DNA of 64,000 nt from assembly GCF_009834535.1 (NCBI RefSeq), contig NC_045696.1, positions 110,548,001 to 110,612,000 on the forward strand, read 5' to 3'. Under the pieces are notes generated by a model. The model was not told the DNA's origin, did not search any database, and saw nothing but the letters and a program-made list of their open reading frames with translations. A program made the translations under genes and the position numbers. Source of the DNA: Camelus ferus. Taxonomy: Eukaryota. Shown in pieces: positions 13,246 through 28,015 of the stretch (the first letter of the stretch is position 1; the number at the start of each line of letters is the position of its first letter).

Positions 13246-14499
13246 TCTACTTTCCTTTCTGATTACTGTCTCATCTCACTTGCCTTTAGTGCTATAGTTT
13301 TTTAATGACTAGTCTGTAACTGCAGCCTCTATAATTAGCGATTACATGATCTCTTCAATCCATTTATGTGATATGTATATGCAACACTGACTTACGAGCC
13401 TTTGCTTGTGCTGTTTCTCCCGTATGGAATATTCCTCCCACTCTAGCTCCCTACCTCCTGTTGAGGATTTAGATTCAGGTCCGAATTTAACATTATTTAA
13501 TCCAGAAAGCCTTCTTTAACTCTTCTAGATTAGATCAGACGCACCTACTCTTTACTCCTATGTAGCACCATCTCACTCTATTGTTAGTATTATTAAAGTT
13601 GGTATCTTCCATAGCAGCCCCGTATCCTGCTGTATCCTCAACATTTAGCTTTGTTCCTTACTTCTGGTACCAGCTCACTGACTAATAATTAAATACATGA
13701 ATGAGTCAATCAGTCAATCAACTAATCAATCAGTGTTGAAGTAACACCCTCTACAGACTTAGAAATTTAGCAATGAAGCTGGGATTTTAGATCAAGATCT
13801 TCAGTCACAGACTGTTTCTGCTTTTTCATACTACCTCTTGTACATCTTTGTTATTCCATGACATCATCTCTTATAGAATCTTGATTCATTTTAATAGATA
13901 TTTTAAAGTATCTATTTTTCCTTTGTTTTCATAAGAAAATAAAATTCCCTTCTTGTAAATTAGTTGTAATACTATAATCTTTACATCTTTTGAATCTGAT
14001 CATCATTTTTGCTAACTCAAGCATATGCCCAGCCCTTGGGGCATAAAGGATCTCAGGATCAGGCTTTTTCTGGCAGTATATAGTGAGTCATGCCTGCGTA
14101 TGAAACATGGTGAAACTAGCTCATTGACTGGCCTTTCCCTGTATTTTCCTCCTCGACAGAGAGACCTAGAAGAGCTGGTGTTAATAGGGAATACTTGACA
14201 AAATTTGAAAGGCACTCATAAAGCTTGGATGGTAGGGAAAGGCATCCCTTACCTTTGGCAACTCTTCAAAGTGTTTACTTGATGTTTCTTGATGTGCTTT
14301 TTTTTTTTTTGTACCTCTCTTCCACTTTTTCTCATATCCCTAAGAACTGAATCTTTATGATTCCAGTTGACTTCTCACATAGATTGTCTCTCACCCTTAC
14401 CTGCTCTAACGTAGCAATGTCCCTTGTTCCTAAAGGACCTCTCTCTCTCCACATCCACTTCTCATCCTTCCTCTTGTAGTGTCATTTTGCTCAGTGATA

Positions 14500-15700
14500 G
14501 ATGTTTGAAAAGTAGTCTGACTGAACTACTACATTATCACTGAAAATACCATTGGTATTGAAATACATATTGAGCATTACTGAATCACCTTATGATTTCT
14601 CTTTAGGATATGCATACTGCATACACTACGTACACTAAACTTGGTGTATTGTCCATACTACATATTGAATTTATATTGTATATGAGCTTTTTTAGCATTT
14701 TTGCTTAAGCATTTTCATGTTATTCCAAACTCACTATAAATGATATTTTTAGTAGCTAAATAATACTTTGTTTTGTGGATTATAATTTGCCTTACCATTC
14801 AACTGTTGTAAGACTTTTAGAATGTTTCCAGTGTTTTGCTTTTACAAATGATGTTACAGAGAGCATCTTTGTAGATACGGTGGGAAACTGGACTTAATCT
14901 AATCTTACTGAGGGGTGTTGAAGAATAGAACCAACCATAAAACTGTTCCTTTTTTTCTTACACAAAAGATAGCATTCTTACCATTCTACCATGTAGAATA
15001 ATCTTAAAGTCCTTTCAGACAAGCTCATAGAAATCTTCCTTATTCTTCTTAGAAGGGTTCTATGATATGGACATACCACAGTATACTTAATGGTCTCCTA
15101 TAGATGGATATTGGTTTATGCTCAAGTCTTTGCAAGTATAAACAATACTACTGCAGTGAATAATCCTGCGCATCTGTCATTTCAGTCAGGAACAGCTCTA
15201 TCTGTAGGATAGATCTCAGAAGTTAGATTGATGGATCAAAGGGTAAATGAATCTGTAACTTTGATGGAGATTACCAAATTGTACTCTGTTGGGATAGTAT
15301 TACTTGGTATTCTCACCAATAATGTATGGAAGTGTCTGTTTCCATAGAATGTTGCCAGTAGAATGTATTATTCAGCTACCATTTTGCGGTCTAAACGACT
15401 TGTAGCAGATTCAGTGCCCTTCCCCTGCCCTTGCCAATTGTGTATGAAGTATTTTCCCTAAATCATTTTTTGCTTAAATTTTGGTTCTTAATGTACAATT
15501 GTTTTAGGCAGACAAGCCAACTAATTTTTTTTTATTTCATTTATCATTTTGAGGCTTAAATTTTCTTTCCCATTCACAAATTTCATAAATATTCAATTAT
15601 TCTTTCTTTTAGTTTTTTTATGGCTTGGTTATTTAAATTTTTTTTTTAACAATTTTCAGTTCTGATCTATCTGGACCTGATTTTGATCCAGCTATATTTT
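14500..15700 (-). mobile_element. Ancient L1M (L1ME-like) fragments
   Basis: Degenerate antisense L1 3' sequence (gatggatattggtt..., ggatcaaagggtaaatg, caccaataatgtatggaagtg). Confidence 0.55.
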
Positions 15701-17974
15701 CTAATAAAGACAGCAGTAGCAGTAGCATGTAACATTTATTGAATGCTTCTTAGATGTAAACCTTCCTTGAGGTACAGTAAGTGAATTTCAAAGGTTGTTT
15801 CCCCTATTGATAACAACACATACTCCAAGAGAACCCGTGAGGTTGTTTTTTCCCTTAACTGTAGGATTGTATGATAAACTTTTTTTTTTAACAAGTGGAA
15901 ATTTCATTGTAAAATCTTACTTAACTCATAATGGATTTTTATTCATATTTGAATTAAAGCTAAATATTAGCATTAATGCTAAGACCAAATGAAGTTTAAG
16001 TATTTCAGCTCAGAAATTCAATGTTGGTACGAAACATAACCCTGAGACTTTGTAGATGGCTAACTGCGCTTCATATTACATTATTGTTTACATCACTGTC
16101 TTTATTGTTACAGATCACCTTCATAACCATCAGTCATGTTTTTCTCCACCTGATATCTTTTCTTGGGCTAGAGAATGATTTTTTTTTTTTTTTTGATAAC
16201 TGTGTGGTTGTAAGAGCCTGTGAAATTAAAATTCATCAGCAAATATCAGGGAAAAGTCATTTTCAGCCTGACTTAATCCTGGCACTTGGACAATCTTGAA
16301 ATACCACGAATTCCAGAGTAAAAACGAAATTATTTTATCTATGCCATCTGTTTTCATTCATGAAGGCCTGTGACACAGCAGATATATTTAAATGTTTTCT
16401 GGTCTATTCAGATTATCTCTAATGTATTAAATTTATGACATTTGGTTTCCTGTTCCTTGACTAAAATAATACAAGAGAGCAAAAACTCTCTTTAGAAGGA
16501 CATTTCAGCTGCTGCACCTGCCAAATTCTGCTTGTAACTGAGATGATATATTTGTGAGAGGTTTTTCCCATTTTCTGTAACATCAAGGTTAAATCAAAGT
16601 GTTTCAAAATTTACGACCTATGTATTCACCCTGACTTCCTCTACTTGATGACTCCAAAAAGGAGAGCCAATTTAGAAGTTTTATTTTTGCAGAATCTGAA
16701 TGGTTTTGCATATTAGACTGAACAAAGCAAAATTAAAGAATTATTTGACTTTTTTCTTAAATTTCTTCAAAATTTACCTGATTCCTGAAGTCTGTTGGGC
16801 ACTTACATAAAGCTGTGGCAACAATTTTTCAGGATAGAAAGAGCAAAGTAAGAAATGCTATTAGGAATCATTAGAGAAAATATATACATTCTAAATATTA
16901 GAAAAGAGGGCTTTCAACTAGGGCTTAAGGGAACTGTAGAGAGGATTTTACTTGTGAAGGATTCAGCTTCCAGGTATCTAGGATTAAGACCCATGAAGCC
17001 TTAGATTTACTCAATATGTTCATGACTACCAGGACAGAAGGTAGAGAAAGAAAATATCTCTAATGAAAATGAACCCCAAGTCACATCTTTATGTCCTAAT
17101 CTGATTTTCAGAAGCATGCCACCAAGGAGACAGTGGGTTATGTGGGGCACGTAGCCTGACCCTTCAGCCTGTGGGCTTCAAGTCTTCCTACAACTAAGAC
17201 CTCAAAAACCCCACATAGGAAAATATATAGTTGAAAAAAGTAAGCCTTTCTGGGAAAGAGTCTTTATAATTTCTAACTAAGAGTCAAAGCAAGACTGCAT
17301 ATTATTGCAGAGCCAGGGCCAATCAAAGGTTAAAAAACTCCCTCAGCCAGCATTTTTCAGATAAGAAATTTCAGTCAAGCTCCACAGTGAAATTTAAGTA
17401 TTATCATCTGCCATTCGAATCATTCTAATGTTCTTTGGGTTGATCCTCGGATTAGTGGAATTCATTTTCTATCTATTAGCACCTGTAAAACTCAGGACAC
17501 TTGGAATCACCATCAGGAGTATAGCATCTGAGATTTTTAAAACTTAACTTTGAAATATGTGAATGGAGGGATCTTTTCTCATTAAAACTTTGCAGATACA
17601 GCAGCTGAAACGTCCTTTCAGAACTACTGAAAAGTAGATTCCATTAAATTTGAAGGAACCCAAATTACAAGCATTGGTTTTAAAACAATTGCACTTGACT
17701 CTTAACTGTATTTTACTTTTTACTTTACATGTGTAATTCATAATACAGAATAATTGAGGGGAATCGAATTTTAAGCTATTGTTTTTATTGGTTTTAAAAT
17801 TTTAGCACTTCTAAGACTCCTATTTCTGCCTCTTACATGATCATATTTTAAGGTGATCATTGCATTTCTAAAACTTCAACTGACACTAATGACAGGTATA
17901 TGAATGTGTAAGGAACCATCACACTGGATAAGTGAAGACCTGGTTTTGGTAAAGTTTAAAGGAGGGAACTCTAA

Positions 17975-20340
17975 CGGAGCTCCACTTCTGGTGTGGTGAA
18001 ATAAGCCCCTGAGATTGACCTTCTCACAGATAACAGCTAGATAGCTACAAAAAAATAACTACCTGAAGACTCTGAGGAGTGACCAAAGGCAGGCTGATTT
18101 TGTAGCTGAGTCAAAATTTGGAAGATGAGACAGACACAAGGTGAGTTTTCTATTTTAAGGCTCTGGCCTGAGGACATAGTGTGGTGTGAGAATGCTGAAG
18201 CTTCTCTAGATAACTCAGGTCCTTGTGTCCTAAGGAACAGTATCTGGAGCAGCCATCAGTCCTGGAAAATGACAGAGTAAGATGGGATTCCAGCAGAGGA
18301 GAAGACCAGAAAAGAGGAGCTCTGTTTCATGTATAAACTTTGCCCAAGTCTCTGGCTGACTCTTTAACCAAAGTGATTCCCAGGGCAGATTCCAAGTACC
18401 TTGCAGCTAAATTAAAAGAGCTAAACTGAATTTGACCTCCCACCCACCTTAATTAAGACAGACTCTACAGTTTGACTCTATGTAAGTTAATTTTCTGATA
18501 AAACAAAAACATCAACACTCTTTGGAGAGATACAAAAGAATCCAGAATCCTCAAAGCAAAAGAATCATAATGTCTAGAATACAATCTTAAATTGCTCACC
18601 AGGTGAAGAACCAGGAAAACATGACCCACTTTCAAGGGAAAAGCCCAACCTCCAAATGACTCAGGTGTTGGAATTATCAGACAAGGACTTAAGATAGCTA
18701 TTATAAATTTGCTCAGTGAGGGTAAGAAAAATCAAAAGATAGAAAATATCAGAAGATAAATGGAAAACATAAAAAGAACCCATTAGAAATATTGGAATTG
18801 AAACATAAAATATCTGAAAAAATTCACAGAATAGTTTTAGTAACATGGAGATGACAGAGAAGAGTTAATAAACTTGAGGATAGACCATTAGGAACTACCC
18901 AATATGAAGCAAAGATGTAAAGAAATGAACAGTCTTAGGAAACTATGGAACATATTAAAAGGTCTAAAATGTGTGTAATTGGAGTTCCAGAAGAAGAAGG
19001 CAGAGGGAGAGATGGCCATTTAAAAGAAGAACATCTGAATAATGAAATATTATTCAGCACTAAAAAGAAAGGAGCTACCAAGGTATGAAAAGATATGGAA
19101 GAACTTTAAATGCATACTATTAAGTGAAAAGGCTGTGATTATGACTATATAACATTCTAGAAAAGGGGAGAAACTCTCTGGAGACAGTAAGATCAGTAGT
19201 TGGCAAGGGTTGGGTGTGGAGAGGAATGAGTGGGTGGAACATAGAGGATTTTTAGAGAAGTGAAATATATAATGATGGATACATGTCATTATACATTTGT
19301 CCAAACCCATAGAATGTACAACATCAAGAGTGAACTGTACAGAATGGCCATCATTCAGAAGTCCACAAACGATAAATGCTTGAGAGGGTGTGGAGAAAAG
19401 GGAACCCTCCTACACTACTGGTGGGAATGTAGTTTGGTTCAGCCATTATGGAAAACAGTATGGAAATTCCTCAAAAAAGTAAAAATAGACTTACCCTATG
19501 ATCCAGCAATCCCACTCCTGGGCATATATCCAGAGAAAACTCTAATTCAAAAAGATACATGTACCCTAATGTTCATAGCAGCACTATATATGATAGCCAA
19601 AGCATGGAAGCAACCTAAATGTCCATTTACAGGATAAAGAAGTTGTGGTATATTTATACAATGGAATACTACTCAGCTATAAAAAAAGAATAAAATAATG
19701 CCACTTGCAGCAACATGGATGGATCTGGAGATCATCATTCTAAGTGAAGTAAGCCAGAAAGAGAAAGAAAAGTACCATATGATATCACTCATATGTAGAA
19801 TCTGAAAAAAGAAAAGGAAGGAGAAAGAGGACACGATGAACTGATCTACAAAAGAAACAGATTTGCAGACATAGTAAATAATCTTACGGTTACCGGGGAA
19901 AGGTGGTGGGAAAGGATAAATTTGGGAGTTTGAGATTGCAAACATTAACCACTATATATAAAAATAGATGAAAAAACAAATTTCTTCTGTATAGCACAGG
20001 AAACTATATTCAATATCTTGTAATAACCTTTAATGAAAAAGAATATGAAAACAAATATATGTATATATATGCATGACTGGGACATTATGCTGTACACCAG
20101 AAATTGACCCATTGTAACTGACTACACTTCAGTTTGAAAAAAGAGTGAACTGTAATATAAACTATAAACTTTGGGTGGTTATGATGTGTCAGTGTAGGTT
20201 CATCAGTTGTGAAAAATGTAGCACTCAGATGAGCAATGCTGATAAAGGCTGAGGGTGGTGGGGGTAGGGGGTATTTAGGGAATCTCCGTGCCTTCCCTTC
20301 AACTTTGCAGCCAACCTAAAACTGCTCTAAAATAAAATCT
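17975..20340 (+). mobile_element. Old L1M/L1MC pieces (5'/ORF1 remnant and 3' end) hosting a younger L1
   Basis: ORF1-like A-rich sequence at 18500-19000 and an L1MC-type 3' end (gtccaaacccatagaatgtacaac...aacctaaaactgctctaaaataaa) split by the 19340-20140 insertion. Confidence 0.7.
19340..20140 (+). mobile_element. Younger 5'-truncated L1 (ORF2 C-terminus + 3' UTR) with perfect 14-bp TSD
   Basis: Encodes [38 protein letters not shown] (ORF2 Cys-rich domain). TSD AAGAGTGAACTGTA at 19326-19339 and 20141-20154. Confidence 0.92.
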
Positions 20341-23069
20341 TTATGTATATGTATATACATACATACATATATATTGAAGATCGAATTCTAGAAATTCTAA
20401 AACTGCCATTTATATTGGTTGATATAAAATAAGTATGTTTAACCTGAATTGAAGGCCTTTGTTATCTAACATAAGAATACATACTGCAGACTCTTCAAGG
20501 CATGGTAAAGTGTTCCACTTGGACAACATTACATTTCTCTTGTATTTATGAAAATGCTTGTGTTTTTCTTTTAAAGAAAAATAGGACTCGTTCCTTTTCA
20601 GTATAAAAACTTCATTAAATTTTATTTGAAGCAATCGGACTTAGTAATAAGATTATATTGCATAGCAGATAAGGATGGAGAAAATGGTTTTGCTCTTTAT
20701 TTCATACATAATATGTCATATTTTTCTTACCCCTGGGATAAGACAATAAGTCATATACTTGGGAAGAAATAAACAATTTTACTTAACATATTTGTTTTGT
20801 GATTACAATGTGGCATCTGATGGCCAATTTAATGTTGTTCTATTCCAGTTAGTTAGATATATATGGAACTGCAAGTTCTGACACATCCATTGGCTTTTGC
20901 GGTGGAGAAAGCAGTCTTATGATTCAAGCTCTGTCAGTTTAAGCTGTTTCCTTATTCTGCTATCAGCCTGGGGATGAACAGAACCACCCATTTTGGGCAC
21001 ACTGCCTACCTCCCCTTCCCCCTCTTTCCCAGACGAAATCTGATTTTAGTGTTTTTATCAGTGTAGGCATTTTCTAAAGCAGAGTGTGCGTGCAGGATTT
21101 CTGGAGTTATGTATTTTCATTTAGGAGAAGTGGGGAAATGCCCAACTGTATGCAGGAAGCAACTCCTGCACAGCCCAAAGATTAAATATTCTGATTGAAG
21201 TGAGATAAGGAAAGAGAAAAAAACATACTGCAGTTTACTCAGCAAGTCTCTCTCAGTCTCCTCCTAATTGGCATCTACATATTCGTTCACAAGATGGTGG
21301 GCAGGTTTTTAAAAGTAGTAGTTATTATTACTATTCAATTAGAAATGGCAACCAATCTGAAAATATCTGAGAGCATAACTTGTTCCCATCCCCTCACACC
21401 GCAGCACCAGACCCTGGATAAAACTCTTCTAACAGTTTCTGGTTTTAGTTCTCTGATTTCTGTTACAGTTTTAAGTAAAATGCTTTTTTCTCTCTCCCAG
21501 TTTATTCATTTTAGACACTACCCATTGACTCTCTAATTTGGAAAAGAACAGTTTCCCTCATTTGTATTAAAACTCTCTGCCTTTTCATAATGTAGATATT
21601 TATTTTATTTCAATTTTTGATTGATTACTTTTTAAACTTTTAGATGATGTCTCTAAATCTCTCCTCTGCATCCTCACTTGACAGAATCTCTTCAAGCTCC
21701 ACTTCATAACATAAAGACCTATGAGTGCTCTTACCCCTTTCTCTACCTTTTGTTCCTCCCTTCCGTATTGCACCTTGCGTCAACCACAGTTTAAGCTTTT
21801 ACATTGTCAAAATTAGTAGCATTTATTTCTATCTTGCAACCATAATCATGGTTGACCACAGGATGACTCTAAACTTTGAAAACCAATACTTCCTTTATAG
21901 GACTATGTAAATACTGTTCAGTGCTGGTCTGAGTAGTGTGTTAGGTAGATTCCATGTCTTTCTCTGACTGATTGAATGTACTGTCACCTTGGCCGTTGTA
22001 AGAAGAGTGTTTCTAAGCATCAACATCAATTAAGATAGATTTACACTCTATGTATTACTTAAATTCACGCCATACTGTAGTTTCTTTTATATTTGGACCA
22101 TGGTTCATTTGCACATTTACAAATTATTTTCCTGGAGTTTCTAACTGCCATTTTTCTTTCATTGCATCATTTACTTTGATCATGTTATATTTCTTCCCCT
22201 TTACCCATACACACACACCTTTAAACTGTACCTGTAATTCTGCTGAGTTTTTTCTTTTCTGGAGCTCTCTCTCGGAGAGTTCCAGTTTGTTTATTTTGAT
22301 CAGTCACTCTCTTCAGTGCTGCAGACTCACATACTACAGCTCTTTGGTTTTCTGTTTAGACTTAAGGGAAAAGGAAGGGTAGCTGGTTGAGATTTTCTCT
22401 GTTTTTAACGGGGCTTTTTTTTTCCAGCCATGTTTCTCTTCTGAATAGGAATTCTGTAAGGAAACTTTTGGTGAAGCAGGGCTGGAACTCAGAGTCTGCT
22501 GACGGGAAGCTAGCTTTCAGGCTACAGATTCTGAGTCTCCGAGTGACTTTATTCAGTTTTCTTTTAACACACTATATACTTTCCTCTTTCAGGCTAAGTA
22601 TCAGATCCCTGCCTGTGAGAGTGCCACCTGTTTCATTTGCCCCCTTATAAATATTGGATTGAGCCCCCTTTTGTAGCCTCACTTCCACATAGACTGAAAA
22701 CAGTACAGTTTAAAGTGGACCCCTTCTCTTTACCCTCGCTTCTCTTTCTTTACTTCTGCTCACTCTGGTCTCTGTTCCTCAGCCAATCGCCTTTCTTCTA
22801 GCACTGCTTCCTTACTGTGTCCTCTTCCCAGGCCCCTGTCAGTCTGCAGAATTAAGGCATCTCTTCCCTCCGGGCCCTGCCCTCCTTGACTCCTCACGTT
22901 CACTGTTATGTGCGCTGTTTCCAGACATTTCAGTGTACCACCCACACCACCCAAATTTCTTCTTTATCTCTGTCACACATTTAGGTCTCCCAGGAATACT
23001 CTTTGACTAGTTTTACAGCTCAACAATTTCCAACTCATGGCCAGGCTTGCTCCACCCCTACTCCCATTC

Positions 23070-23470
23070 CCTCCTCTCCCCATATTACTTTGAAATAAAT
23101 CCCAGACATCACATTATTTCCTTCACAAACACTTCAGTGTATATCTCAGTGAGGGCTCTTTAATACCGTTAGCACACCTAAAACTACTTAATGTCATTAC
23201 ATAGCCAGTAACTATTCACATTTCTAATTGTTTCATAATTGTCATTAATGCTTTTTATTTAATTGAATTAGGATCCAGATAAGGTCTAAAAATTGCTGCC
23301 GGTTGATATTTTTTTTAAATCTCTTTTCATCTATAAGCTCCCTGTCTTTTTTTTTCTTTTTATTGCAATTTAATTGTTGAAGAAACTGGATTATTTGTCT
23401 TGTAGATTTCCCATATTCTGGATTTCACGGATCACATCCCTGCAGGGTCCTTTAATATGTCCCATGGAGT
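23070..23470 (-). mobile_element. L1MC4/5-like 3' fragment
   Basis: tactttgaaataaatcccagacatc...ttgttgaagaaactgg...cccatattctggattt. Confidence 0.5.
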
Positions 23471-24468
23471 TTATCCTTTTAAGTCCTAGGATTTTATGGT
23501 GTTACTCTACTATTTGACATAATTGCTAACATTTCTCATTTAATCTTCGTATGATTTCAAGTCTCCTGAAACCACTTTTTACAAGAAGTTAGGAAAAAAA
23601 TAATCTGATGATTTAAGACTTTGTACATGTGTTTAACTTAGTTTGATCCAGCTGTTTGTGGTTTTAGACGCAGTAAAGCGGTTAAATGGTAGTTTCCCTG
23701 AGGAATGAAGTGCTTAGACTGGTGAAAATGAAACGTACTTTTTGCAAGAAGGCCCCTTTGGGGAATTACCATAGACCTTAAACTGCAATAAAGTAAAAGT
23801 TTACATTAAAATGAGAATAATTTTATATTTTCAAATTTCTAACCCTTAATAAATCAATAAATGAGAACCGAGGCTTACTGAGGGTGGAATCCGAGCCTCA
23901 TGTATGTAGACAGCCAAGTAAATCATCTTCAGCTGTTCCGTCGCATCGCTAGGGCAAGTGAGGGGGTCTGGGAGAGGTACTGGATCCTCAGACTCACCCT
24001 CACCCCATGCCACGGTTGGAGAAATTAGGTCTTTCTCAGCCGCTGGTTTTAAATACTTTAAATATGAGTTATATATACTTCTTGTCCATATGTCAGAAAA
24101 TATGAGATCTAAACAGAAGGAAATACGCTAGCAGTTCACCACCTTTCGAGCATGCTGACATCTGAAATGGTATGAGTGGAGAGCTGTCCTTCTGTCTTAG
24201 GGCCGCAGCTGTGTCACTGCTTCTTCGACTTCTGGTTATTTTGGGGCAGCAGCTCTCACTGAGGGAGTCCGTTCTTGGCCTTGGCTAGTCATTTTTCTTG
24301 GATGATTCACAGTTTTATACATAGCATTATTTTTAATGAATCAAGGGTTTTCTTTCTATTTGTTTTTTGCCAGGGATAAACTTGGAAGGATGAGAACTTT
24401 TAGGGTGAAATTTCAGACTAAAAATTTCCTTCTATGATATATTCTTCTCCTCTTCTCCCTGGTTTTAG

Positions 24469-24535
24469 GAGCTGGGAATCCAAAGTGCAAAGTTGCAATT
24501 GTTATGGGAAGAACTAACAATGTCTTGGCAGCCAG
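24469..24535 (+). CDS. ACAD11: ACAD11 coding exon (inferred exon 14)
   Basis: TTTTAG acceptor, CAG|GTAATA donor. 67 nt, (G)AGNPKCKVAIVMGRTNNVLAA(R). Confidence 0.93.
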
Positions 24536-25172
24536 GTAATATAGCAATAGTGATTGAGAAATCTGTGGAGGAATAAGAGTCGGTCTTTCTCGCTATCCAC
24601 TTCATTTACTTAAAATATACCATTCGGGCGTACAAATCATAATAGTATAAAATATGAGGTTAAATGTGACATATAGGTATTTTACAATTATTTTGCTAAA
24701 ACATATATTTAGGAATAACATTTTAGGGGGTGCTGCTGCACATTCTTCACTGTGGAATTTCCTGTGTTAAAAAGTGTTGCTGAATCCTCAAAGCTGTTTG
24801 GATCAGATTACAAGACCTATAAAATTTTTCAGAACTGTCTGTAAGTAATTAAGGGATTAGACGTTTAGATCCAAGGCAGTAGGCTTGAAATCTTTGATAT
24901 TGCGTTATCAGTTCCCAGTTACGACTGCTGGGCAACGAGGAGCCTCAGTCAAACTATCTTTCACATATTTTCAAATCATGGTTATTGTTCAGATCACAGC
25001 CTGCATCGGAATGTACTTGATGTGTGTCTTTTACACAGTTCCCATTCCGGACATCATTGCTCCCATGATTACATGATAACCATGAAAAAATGACAGTTGT
25101 GACTCCACCGAACATGTGTTTTATTTTTCCACTTAGCAAACTTTTCCTAACATTTGGGTTTCTCTTGACCAG

Positions 25173-25258
25173 ACACAGACAACACAGCATGATTCTTGTT
25201 CCTATCAACACACCTGGAGTAGAAGTCATAAGGCCTTTGTCAGTTTTTGGCTACCTGG
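25173..25258 (+). CDS. ACAD11: ACAD11 coding exon (inferred exon 15)
   Basis: CAG acceptor, TGG|GTAAGT donor. 86 nt, (R)HRQHSMILVPINTPGVEVIRPLSVFGYL(D). Confidence 0.95.
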
Positions 25259-27076
25259 GTAAGTACTCAATCAGCACGTCTGTCCACTGGCAAGCAGGAA
25301 GACTAGAATATGCTGTAACCCTGAAGAGAATGGATAGCATTTTAATGTATGAAATGTGCTCTTAGAAATCCTTTGGCTCGTAATATAAATGTCAGGGGTT
25401 CAGAACAGAATAAATAAAAAGGGAGGTGGTACAGCATTCTACCACGTTTTGTCCGCTTTTGGAAAAGGGCCGATTGGTATTCAAGGAACAGCAACTCTGC
25501 CTGCCAGTCTTCTCTCCATTACCCAGGGGGATGGATTAATGAAATAGACATGGAAAAAGTAAATCTAGGTAATCCAAAATAACATTCATTTTTGTTTTCA
25601 AGTTTAGCTTCCTTAATCAACCTACAAGAACTGTTAATAAGCAATGGGATTTGACTGATTCAGATACAAAGCTTTTAATTCCTTTGGTCCTTGGGTGGAG
25701 TTTTAAGAAGCAAGGATACTTTTGCTCAGGCTCATGTTCATTGTTTCTTTGCTACTCACCCAGCAAGTATTTATTGAATGCTGAGCACTGTTCTAGGAGC
25801 TTAGAATATGTTAGTGAACACAACAGGCCAAGATCTCTGCCCTTGTGGAGCTTACACGCAGAGTGGGGAGTGGCAGGGAGATGGGCACTAAATAAAAACA
25901 CATAAATAAGAAGTTACATGGCTGTTAGCAGGTGACAAATGCTATGAAGAAGTTGACTGAACTTCAGGTTTGTGGTGACCTTGGCTTTCTCTTTACTATT
26001 GAATATGGCTAATGTAAATGTTCAAGGAGTGGACACAGGACCTGTTTTACGGCGCATGTGGCATCCCCTTCTGTGGGCTGCAGCTGGAGAGCGCACCCAC
26101 AGGCCAAGTGTGTCGGCAAGATGGGGATGAACCAGCCCCTGGAGCAAATTGTTCATGGGACGTTGTCGGATTGCAGAGCAACAGCCTGAAAACCACCAAA
26201 ATGGGTTTATAATACTGGTTGGCTGCCCTCCATACCCTCCATTTAGAGCCTGTGTTTGAAATTCCAGTTATGACAATTTCACCAGCACCTCTCCAGCTCC
26301 CCGTGCTCAAGGCCAAAAGAAACAGCGTGGACAAGGCTGATTATTAATGTCTATTCTGACAGGAAAAGGGTGTGGAATTAGCATGAGATTATCTCAAGAA
26401 CTTGGCAGGGAGGAAGGATGATATAAAGACACGGTTGTGAGTATGTTCCCAGTCTCAGTCACATGTCAGCATTTTCAAGAGGCAAACACAGCAAATAAGC
26501 CTAGACTGGGAGCAAACACACCTGAAGGTCCAGCCCCTGCTCTGTCTCTCATGCCGAGCCTGTTCCTGTCTCTATGAGCAGGTTCTTCGCATCTTTGGGC
26601 ATTGATTTCCACAGTGATAAAATAAGAAACTTGAACTACATTTCTTATTTTCAATTTTTGAACCATTAAAACCCTTTTTTTCCTAAGCAAAATTTTCTTT
26701 GGAAGCCCATATGTAAAAAATGTCAAAGAAGCAACAATAATAATAAAAAAATAATCTGATTGGACCATGGAGCCATCTTCCTTTTTCATAGCTCTAGAAC
26801 TTCAAAGAATGAGTTAAAACAAAGAAATAAACAAACAAAAAACACTTTGGATGAAATAATATCTAAAATCTCTTAAAATTTCTAGAACAGTTAATGTGTT
26901 TTCTGGGCTGCACGGTGCTGGGGGTTCAGGGCTCAGGTCTACCTAGGAATGTCTGTGACATATGAGGCCTTTAAACTCCACTTTCCTTGAGTAATTATAT
27001 TTCATTAGATTAATTATTTGTGATTATTTTTTGGTAGCTCATTTTGCTCTTTAACATTTTATTTTCTGTTTCATAG

Positions 27077-27148
27077 ATAATTTCCACGGAGGACATTTTG
27101 AGATCCATTTTAATCAAGTGCGAGTTCCGGCCACCAATTTAATACTAG
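27077..27148 (+). CDS. ACAD11: ACAD11 coding exon (inferred exon 16)
   Basis: TAG acceptor, TAG|GTGAGA donor. 72 nt, (D)NFHGGHFEIHFNQVRVPATNLIL(G). Confidence 0.95.
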
Positions 27149-27879
27149 GTGAGATAAGTTTGGAAAAATGATTCTTTGTTGTGTTTTAAAATATTTTCAG
27201 GTTTAAATATGGAAAGGATATGAAGTCTCCCATAATTTAAATACTTTCCCCTCTTATTTAGTCCGGTTATAAGGGAAATTTTTTTTTCTTTGGTGGATTT
27301 TCTACAAAATAATAACGTTTTATTTAAGTGTTTGATGTGGTTTTGTGTATCACATCAATTGAAAACACAGCTAAATACAAAAATTACACAATTCAGACAA
27401 CCAACTTTTTCCTACAACATGATCTTCTGACTACTTGTGTTAATAAAGCTCAGTACTTTCTGAATTCAAGTCTTTTATACACATTAGAAGCATAAATAAC
27501 TTTAAACACTGTATGCCTGGAATGACTCCATCCTCTTGCTTGTTGGACTCCTACCCAGCCTTCAGAGAACATCTCCGACGGCCCCTTTCAGGAAGGTTCG
27601 TGTGTTCCTCATCCCATCCATTCAACAAGCCCCAGATGCCGCCAGGCACACTGGTGAACAGACAGCCTCTCCCTTTTGCCTTGTCCTTCTCCATGTGCCT
27701 TATCCCTTGCATCCCTTGCCCCCTCTTCTAGTTCTGAACTCCTGGTGTAGGGACTGTATCTTGTCTACCTTTGTAACCATTGTAGCACTTACAGAGTAAC
27801 TTATGCAGAGTAGGTACTTGGCCCTAAATTTGATTCAATGATGGCGGTTTAAAAAAAAATAGAAATCAAAAGTTCTAAA

Positions 27880-28015
27880 GAGGAGGCTGTAGCTCAGTGG
27901 CAGAGTGCATGCCTAGTGTGCACGAGGTCCTGGGTTCAATCCCCAGTACTTCCATCAAAAAAAGTAAATAAATAAACCTAATTACCTCCCCCCTCAAAAA
28001 AAAAACTTTTTTTTT
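27880..28015 (+). mobile_element. tRNA-derived SINE of camelid Vic-1 type
   Basis: A box (TAGCTCAGTGG), B box (GGTTCAATCCC), tail AAATAAATAAACCTAATTACCTCCCCCC + poly(A). TSD AAAGTTCTA at 27869-27877 and 28016-28024. Confidence 0.88.

Noticed and set aside
27880..27955. tRNA-like sequence
   Set aside because: It has a SINE tail, poly(A) and TSD, so it is a SINE head rather than a tRNA gene.
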